16,272 bases of DNA. Origin: Octopus sinensis (taxonomy: Eukaryota). Both the position numbers and the translations under genes were made by a program. Below, piece after piece: positions 10,423 through 16,272 of this stretch. The notes under the pieces are model-generated. The model saw nothing but the letters and a program-made list of their open reading frames with translations. It had not been told where the DNA came from and did no database searches. The stretch is taken from contig NW_021825105.1 of NCBI RefSeq assembly GCF_006345805.1, positions 1-16,272 on the forward strand. The letters run 5' to 3'. Position 1 is the stretch's first letter, and the number at the start of each line of letters is the position of its first letter.

Positions 10423-10569
10423 CTCACACACGCTCTCTCTCTCTCTCTCGTTGTCTCTCTCTCTCTCGTTGTCTCTCTCTCTCTCGTTGTCTCTCTCTCT
10501 CTCGTTGTCTCTCTCTCTCTCGTTTTGTCTCTCTCTCTCTCGTTGTCTCTCTCTCGTTGTCTCTCCCTC

Positions 10570-10612
<43 letters not shown>

Positions 10613-10772
10613 AACAGACACACATACCTACTTTTACACATACATACATGCATTTATACATAGACACAATAAAAGCAGTCCTAAAAGAATAAAATACGAT
10701 CCTGTAGAATTTGAAGTGATACACACACACACACAGACAGAGATACACAATCACAAACACACACACACAAAG

Positions 10773-10807
<35 letters not shown>

Positions 10808-11032
10808 AACACACACACACACACACACGCAAATACACACACACAAACACACATACAAACACAAATACACGCAGCAACACACAAACAAAAATACACACAC
10901 ACAAACACATACTCATAAACACACACACGCACAAAACACACACACACACAAACACATACACATACAAACACATACTCATAAACACACACACGCACAAAAA
11001 CACACCACACACACACACACACACTAACACAA
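10423..11032. repeat. Compound (TC)n with an 18-nt higher-order unit, followed by a long degenerate (CA)n tract
   Basis: The unit (ct)6-cgttgt repeats from ~10437 to 10560; the CA-rich tract spans 10600-11030. Confidence 0.95.
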
Positions 11033-11365
11033 ACATTGTGATGTTTGTGTGTGAGTAATCTAGCATGACCTTCACCCCGGCTTCCTTTCCAAATTTCAGA
11101 GGTCCCAATTAGCAACACCAGCCAGATTTACCATTCTTCTCGCCGCTGATCCTTAACATGCTTTGAGTTTTCTATAGAACATCATTGTTGAGTAGCAGTA
11201 ATAGTCGCGGTCGTTGTTGCTGTTGTTGCTGTTATCGACTCGGTGAAGCAAGTTGACAACAAAGAATGTGACTGCATTAAACAGAACTAAAATATCAACG
11301 TCACCGAGAAATCCAATATGGATTGACGTAGATATAGTATTAAGGAAAGGTCTTTGATGTGCTCC

Positions 11366-11367
<2 letters not shown>

Positions 11368-11429
<62 letters not shown>

Positions 11430-11466
11430 CATAACAATAATAATGATAATAATAATAATAATAATA

Positions 11467-11501
<35 letters not shown>

Positions 11502-11551
11502 TAATAATCATAATAATCATAACAATAATAATGATAATAATAATAATGATA

Positions 11552-11591
<40 letters not shown>

Positions 11592-11625
11592 TATGATAAA
11601 AATAAAAATAATGATGATGATGATT
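11368..11625. repeat. (AAT)n array, ~250 bp
   Basis: Read directly; contains a duplicated variant block aatcataacaataataatgat. Confidence 0.97.
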
Positions 11626-11992
11626 GGGGAGAAGGAAGAGATGTAAGCCCGTAGTTATGGCTATGAATTACAGAGTCTGTTTCGTTATGTGAGGAATCAG
11701 GATTCTTCCAGAGTTTGAAACCATTCTAGAGCTGTTTGTTCCATCGCTTCCCATTGAAAAACCCACAATGTTTCCACACGAATTGTCTAAAGTCTAATAA
11801 ACCTATCTCATCTTATTGAGAATTCTTGCTAACACTTTATTGTGTGTTGCGGTTGAACATTACTTTGGATATTCTTGATAATCTTGGACAAAGACAGAAT
11901 CGGTTCGATTCCAGGCTGAAACCAATCAGCTTTTATTTCACGCTGTTAATGTTTTTTTTTTTTATTTATAGGCGCAGAAGTGAATGTGTGGG

Positions 11993-12145
11993 AGACGCAG
12001 TAGATGAAGACCTGCTCGAACATTCATCGATCAACTCTCAACCGATGCAAACCTAATTAAAGAGCAGTGGCTACAAGCAATGAAAAATCGTGAATTGTGA
12101 AGGGATTTTGTGAAGAACGTTCGACCATGGTCTCAATGACTGATT
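11993..12145 (+). mobile_element. Relic 3' end of an RTE-type LINE ORF
   Basis: The frame from 11993 reads RRSR*RPARTFIDQLSTDANLIKEQWLQAMKNREL*RDFVKNVRP. This matches the RTE C-terminal pattern GRP..T(F/Y)IDQL..D......AM.(D/N)R..WR if the two TGA codons were GGA and TGG. Confidence 0.55.
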
Positions 12146-12350
12146 CCCAAATCCTCGACAGAAAAAAATTATTGTAATGTATTTCGTTGGCACGGGCAAG
12201 AGGTGCTTTCAGTGAGCATTTTTTTAACCTTTCAGTTCTGTACAGTATGTAAGTCCACCCATGCCCTCCACAGTCATTGGTTTCTTTGATTGGCTTTTTA
12301 ATATACGAGATGAGAAGTTTGATTCTAAGTTCGGTGTAATGTCTTAATTT

Positions 12351-12611
12351 GGCGGAGGCGCGTAGCTTAGTGGTTAGGGTGTCAGCATCATGATCGCAAG
12401 GTTGTGGTTTCGATTCCTGGACCGGGCGATGCGTTGTGTTCTTGAGCAAAACACTTCATTTCACGTTGCTCCAGTCCACTCAGCTGGCAAAAATGAGTAA
12501 CGCTGCAATGGACTGGCGTCCCATCCAGCTGGGGAACACATACTCCATAGAAAACGGGAAAGCGGGCCCATGATCCTGGCTAGGCTTTAAAAGGACGCAT
12601 TTATTTATTTT
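12351..12611 (+). mobile_element. tRNA-derived SINE (head type C), V-SINE-like
   Basis: A box tagcttagtgg 12363-12373; B box ggtttcgattcc 12406-12417; ttgagcaaaacactt; ctgcaatggactggcgtcccatccag at 12503-12528, which resembles the V-domain from memory; (TTTA)n tail. 14-bp TSD taa(t/c)gtcttaattt at 12337-12350 and 12612-12625. Confidence 0.85.
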
Positions 12612-12820
12612 TAACGTCTTAATTTTACTTGTACATGTAATCTATCTTTTGTATGTTGTTTATATTGTGAACCTGGTGTTCTTTAGTCGTTTTAAATTCA
12701 GGGTAAAGTCTGTGGTACCAGAGGTGCACTGCTGTGTTTATTAACTGTTGCTTGGTCATTTCTTGATTTAATCAGTTTTATTTTCTGTTTCTATTTATTT
12801 CCACCAGAATATGTATCTAC

Positions 12821-12921
12821 GTATGTATGTATGTATGTATGTATGTATGTATGTATGTATGTATGTATGTATGTATGTATGTATGTATGTATGTATGTAT
12901 GTATGTATATGTATATATATT
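12821..12921. repeat. (TATG)n microsatellite
   Basis: Read directly. Confidence 0.97.
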
Positions 12922-13009
12922 TTCTACATGCTGATTCATTGACAAACTCTCAACATGGGCTAAAAATTTCTTATGAAAATACGAAATTACAATAGTTTCA
13001 CCAATTTTA

Positions 13010-13046
13010 ATGCCATGATTAGCGAAACGCGAAACCGGTCAAGTAT
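13010..13046 (+). ncRNA. Degenerate minimal type I hammerhead-like motif (probably inactive)
   Basis: aTGATtA (CUGANGA with two changes, 13015-13021), GCG-aaa-CGC stem II, then GAAAC-CG-GTC. Stem I pairing is poor. Confidence 0.4.
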
Positions 13047-13146
13047 CATAATTTTCTATCCTTTAAAATATATTAAAAATATATAAATTGTGTGCATTTC
13101 CTTCTTTTATCTTATATTTTTTCACTAAAACTGATGTTTTTTTACT

Positions 13147-13161
13147 TATATATATATATAT

Positions 13162-13195
<34 letters not shown>

Positions 13196-13198
13196 ATA
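13147..13198. repeat. (TA)n microsatellite
   Basis: Read directly. Confidence 0.95.
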
Positions 13199-13341
13199 AA
13201 GAGCATAAGATTCAAGTTATTTAAAAAATTTACTTGAATATGGTACCTAACTTAGATGCACACCAAAAAAACTATACTGATTTAACAATACAGTAATGTG
13301 GGTGTGATTATAAGCGAGAAGAAGCAACAAGAATGGATGGT

Positions 13342-13431
13342 TTTTAGTACGATCGTTTCATACAAGACAGGTTTTATTAAAAGTTGCAAAGATTACAGCA
13401 TATAAACGAGTCCCGTACTCATCAGCTAAAA
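13342..13431 (-). ncRNA. Type I hammerhead ribozyme with extended stem II
   Basis: Minus strand: stem I ttttag/ctaaaa; CUGAUGA (13425-13419); stem II gtacgggac/gtcttgtat enclosing 41 nt; GAAAC; palindromic stem III AC-GAUC-GU; cleavage triplet GUA (A at 13348). Confidence 0.8.
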
Positions 13432-13821
13432 TACATGTAAGTTCTCTAGACATCCTATGTTTTGAGGCTATACTCATGAAGTAATGTATATAATTAAACA
13501 GATTTCTAAAGTTCATTAAAGTTCTTTAAAGATGATGTACAGTCTTATCACAGAATTTTAAAAAGTTTGATAGCATCACAAGAGGTGACCTAATCCATAT
13601 GAATTTCCATAGAATGATGAGGGATTATATACTCATCATATCTATGGAAATTCATATGGATTAGGTCACCTTCTGTGATGCTATCAAAACTTTTTTAAAA
13701 TTCTGTGATAAGACTGTACATCATCTTTAGAACTTTAATGAACTTTAGAAATCTTTTAATTATCTACATTACTTCATGAGTATAGCCTCAAACACTAGGA
13801 TGTCTAGAGAACTTACATGTA

Positions 13822-13910
13822 TTTTAGCTGATGAGTAGGGACTCGTTTATATGCTGTAATCTTTGCAACTTTTAATAAACCTGTCCTTGTATGAAACGAT
13901 CGTACTAAAA
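13822..13910 (+). ncRNA. Type I hammerhead ribozyme with extended stem II (mirror copy)
   Basis: ttttag 13822-27; CUGAUGA 13828-34; stem II gta-gggac/gtcct-tg-tat (2-nt bulge) plus inner gtttat/ataaac; GAAAC 13893-97; GAUC; GUA 13902-04; ctaaaa 13905-10. Confidence 0.77.
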
Positions 13911-13939
13911 ACCTATCTTCTTGTTGCTTCTTTCTCGCG

Positions 13940-13985
13940 TATATATTATATATATATATATATATATACGTGTGTGTGTGCGTGT
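13940..13985. repeat. (TA)n-(TG)n microsatellite
   Basis: Read directly. Confidence 0.92.
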
Positions 13986-14374
13986 GATGATGTATGTTAG
14001 ATCAGGTAAATCTCGACATAAGTGACACAGTTGGTGAACTTATGAAAATGATGAGGCAATAAGAAAACCCTTATGTAGTCACTGGATGTAATAGAAATAG
14101 CAGTCAAATACCACCCTAGAGTCATACGCTTCCGACTTACTGGAAATCTATCTTTCGTATACGATCTTCGCAGTGTTAAAACAATGTAATTACACTTGAA
14201 TATTTGTTGCTGTTGTGACCCTGACCTTCCCTAATTAAACTGATCTATAATGACCGTTGTTACAACCGCTAACATTTTGAGTTTTGTAAGGGTCTCCAGG
14301 ACTACCCTATTCAATGTTTCAATGTGTCATTTTATAAGTCAGTAAGGTGTAATTTCAATGCATATATCTAGATC

Positions 14375-14485
14375 TCTACCTATATATCTATATCTATATG
14401 TATGTATGCATCTACCTATATTTATATGCATACCATATATATGTATACATATACATACATCATACATTGCATATATATATATATC

Positions 14486-14542
<57 letters not shown>

Positions 14543-14548
14543 CACACA
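14375..14548. repeat. Degenerate TA/TATC/TACA low-complexity tract
   Basis: Read directly. Confidence 0.88.
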
Positions 14549-14947
14549 TATGGCGGATCTTTCTAGTAATTACTACAAGATAAAGGCGGGGATGCTGGGA
14601 TTGTGTAATCGGATTTACAAATATTGGTAAATGGAAGAATGATGTTCTTAGTGAGGTTTTATTTACGTAAATCGTAATTTACCATTACGGAATCTTTTAG
14701 ATTATAAACGAAGAATAAGCTGAAGATTTGGAACTAAGAATAGAGTGAAATCCAACTCTTCCTATACAATCCAGATTATGAATATATTCCTTATCTAATG
14801 CACAAGAAATCTTTTTAAGAAGAACAAACTTTAAACTTTTCAGAGAATTAAAAAAAAAAGATTATCGTATTTATGAATAAGAAGCATAAAGCGCTCATAT
14901 TTTACTGTTCAGACGATCTAAAAATAGCGAAACAGGAATTGGATTTC

Positions 14948-14948
14948 C

Positions 14949-15010
<62 letters not shown>

Positions 15011-15025
15011 TCTATCTACTATCTA
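14948..15025. repeat. (TGTC)n-(TATC)n microsatellite
   Basis: Read directly. Confidence 0.95.
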
Positions 15026-15417
15026 GGTTACCGTGGTCTTTTTCGTAGGCTTTTCTTCCCACGGATAAACCTTACTTGCTTTCCCCTTTACACCATACAT
15101 CATAACACTGTGATACACGATCCCTATTGATCGTTTTTTTTCCTCTTCCCCCTTTTTTCCCCCTTTTTTCCCCCTTTTTTCTTCTTTTTTTTTCATTTCT
15201 CTTTTCTTTTGTTCCTTTTCCTTTTCTTCTTTTTATTTCTTTTTTTTTCTTTTTTGTTCTTTTTTTCCCCTTTACGATCCCTTTTGATCGAAAACCTACG
15301 CCACCTTTTTTTGTTTCTTTTGTTTTTTGTCTTTTGTTTTTTCATCCCCCAAAAGAAAAGCTCTACCTTGTAACTTGTCCCATCTGTGTACAGCCCTGTG
15401 TGGCCAATAAAAAAACT
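15026..15417 (+). mobile_element. Second copy of the pyrimidine-rich LINE 3'UTR, embedded in (TATC)n
   Basis: Homologous to 3824-4117 and extends ~50 nt further 5'. Ends in aataaaaaaact, followed directly by (TATC)n. Confidence 0.68.
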
Positions 15418-15451
15418 TATCTATCTATCTATCTATCTATATATCTGTCTG

Positions 15452-15539
<88 letters not shown>
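15418..15539. repeat. (TATC)n microsatellite between two LINE fragments
   Basis: Read directly. Confidence 0.97.
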
Positions 15540-16272
15540 GGCCGAGGAAGGGCGAATGGCACCGCGAGTGTCGCGTTGCTCTCAAGCAACTCTGCCGTCC
15601 TGGGTCGACCTTAAGTGACTTCAACACAACCAAAGCATTCTATAGGGGTTAGTGGAGGGAGGTACGACGACGAGCTCGGGGCGAACCTGGACGTCGACGA
15701 GGAGTACCTGACCCGCCTGTTCAGTCAGACGACTTTCCGGCCAGGGCCCATGGACAACTTCTAGAGTCCCTGGCCTGGCAGTGCTACCGAGAAGCGCTAC
15801 CCGTTCGGGATAAGCTCTACAGTCACGGCTCGAGAAACACGGGGCGACCTGCCCAAGATGCGGTCAGAGCGACGAAACCGTTCTGCACGCACTCGTTCAG
15901 TGTCCACAATTTCCGACCCTGTGGCTTATGTCGAACAACTGCTGTCACGTGTGGGACGAGTCGGTTTATCAGCTGAGTCTATCGTCAATATTGTCACGCC
16001 TCCTTCTTCAAACGGGAAGGGAGAGCTATTTTCATCATCCTTGTGGCTATGGCGAAAGAATGTATCTGGTGGACGCGTCTGAAAGGATTGGAGACAAACC
16101 TTTCCTCTCTGGTCAATCTCTCATCAACTTCTTCACGTACCACTTGAAAAGGAAAGTGAGAGGTAGAGAGGCAAGTTTTGTCTAGCGAATGTTTTAAAAA
16201 ATGGCACGTATGAATGGCACGTATGAATGACGAAGCCACCTTGAGCATAATCCTATGAACCCAGAAATTGAA
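15540..16272 (+). mobile_element. 5'-truncated Tx1/L1-type LINE: ORF2 C-terminus with CCHC zinc knuckle, continuing past the window end
   Basis: Stitched frames: ..SLAWQCYREALPVRDKL..CPRCGQSDETVLHALVQC (CX2CX8HX4C, 15850-15903)..LWAYVEQLL..ILVAMAKECIWWTRLK..SLINFFTYHLKRKVR.., stop at 16256-16258. A 13-bp tandem duplication atggcacgtatga lies at 16201-16226. No REL motif follows the knuckle, as expected for APE-type L1/Tx1. Confidence 0.75.

Larger units (their letters stand above)
13199..13940. mobile_element. (TA)n-flanked foldback element (625-bp imperfect palindrome), putative Penelope-like inverted pseudo-LTR
   Basis: The left arm 13314-13621 is the reverse complement of the right arm 13632-13938 (roughly 95% by eye), with a 10-nt spacer ggattatata. 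Each arm holds a hammerhead. An unpaired extension occupies 13199-13313. TA arrays lie at both ends. The palindrome is certain; the PLE origin is inferred. Confidence 0.7.

Noticed and set aside
10430-10565. Regularly spaced repeats as a CRISPR-like array
   Set aside because: Units are microsatellite variants with no unique spacers, in a eukaryotic context with no cas genes.
10287-11118. 246-aa and 234-aa ORFs
   Set aside because: Mostly translated (TC)n and (CA)n. The unique first ~45 codons show no recognisable domain or clear splice context.
11902-11991. Isolated B box ggttcgattcc (11902-11912) and a short SINE-head-like stretch aggcgcagaagtgaatgtgtgg (~11969-11991)
   Set aside because: No matching A box or body for the first; the second is too short to delimit as an element.
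12120-12145. Similarity of the RTE relic end (catggtctcaatgactga) to the SINE tail at 5500-5525 (catggccgcagtcaaatgactga)
   Set aside because: Too short and gapped to support a SINE-LINE partnership from single copies.
13431-13621. Possible GIY-YIG C-terminal coding remnant in the foldback arms
   Set aside because: All frames are interrupted and no diagnostic motif is recognisable.
14720-14760. CTGAAGA...GAAA hammerhead-like spacing
   Set aside because: No stem II closing pairs, no stem III and no stem I complementarity.
14905-14940. cagacga-tctaaaaatagc-gaaac, a possible very old hammerhead
   Set aside because: Core, stem II closing pair and cleavage triplet would all need repair, and stem I does not pair; not distinguishable from chance.

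Overview
AT-rich, microsatellite-dense eukaryotic DNA. The SINE and repeat repertoire resembles, from memory, octopus/cephalopod genomes; this is an inference, not a search result. I find no host gene, tRNA, rRNA or CRISPR array. Everything I can explain is transposon-derived or simple repeat. (1) Two different R4/Dong-type non-LTR retrotransposons with a restriction-like endonuclease (1-2057 and 2165-3390) lie in tandem, each ending in (TAA)n; the second has lost its RT core. (2) A Tx1/L1-type LINE occurs three times, each time abutting (TATC)n arrays (3'UTR copies at 3824-4117 and 15026-15417; ORF2 C-terminus from 15540 to the window end). (3) Several tRNA-derived SINEs have swapped heads and tails, and one tail matches the 3' end of the Tx1-like LINE. 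(4) DNA transposon remains comprise a 5'-truncated Tc1-type element with D-36-E spacing and a 220-bp mariner MITE. (5) There is a short RTE C-terminal relic. (6) The most notable feature is a set of (TA)n-anchored, Penelope-like relics. One is a 625-bp foldback (13314-13938) carrying a complete type I hammerhead ribozyme with an unusually long stem II in each arm, one per strand. Two further degenerate hammerhead-like motifs lie at 13010-13046 and 8753-8820. Most long ORFs in the supplied track are microsatellite artefacts.
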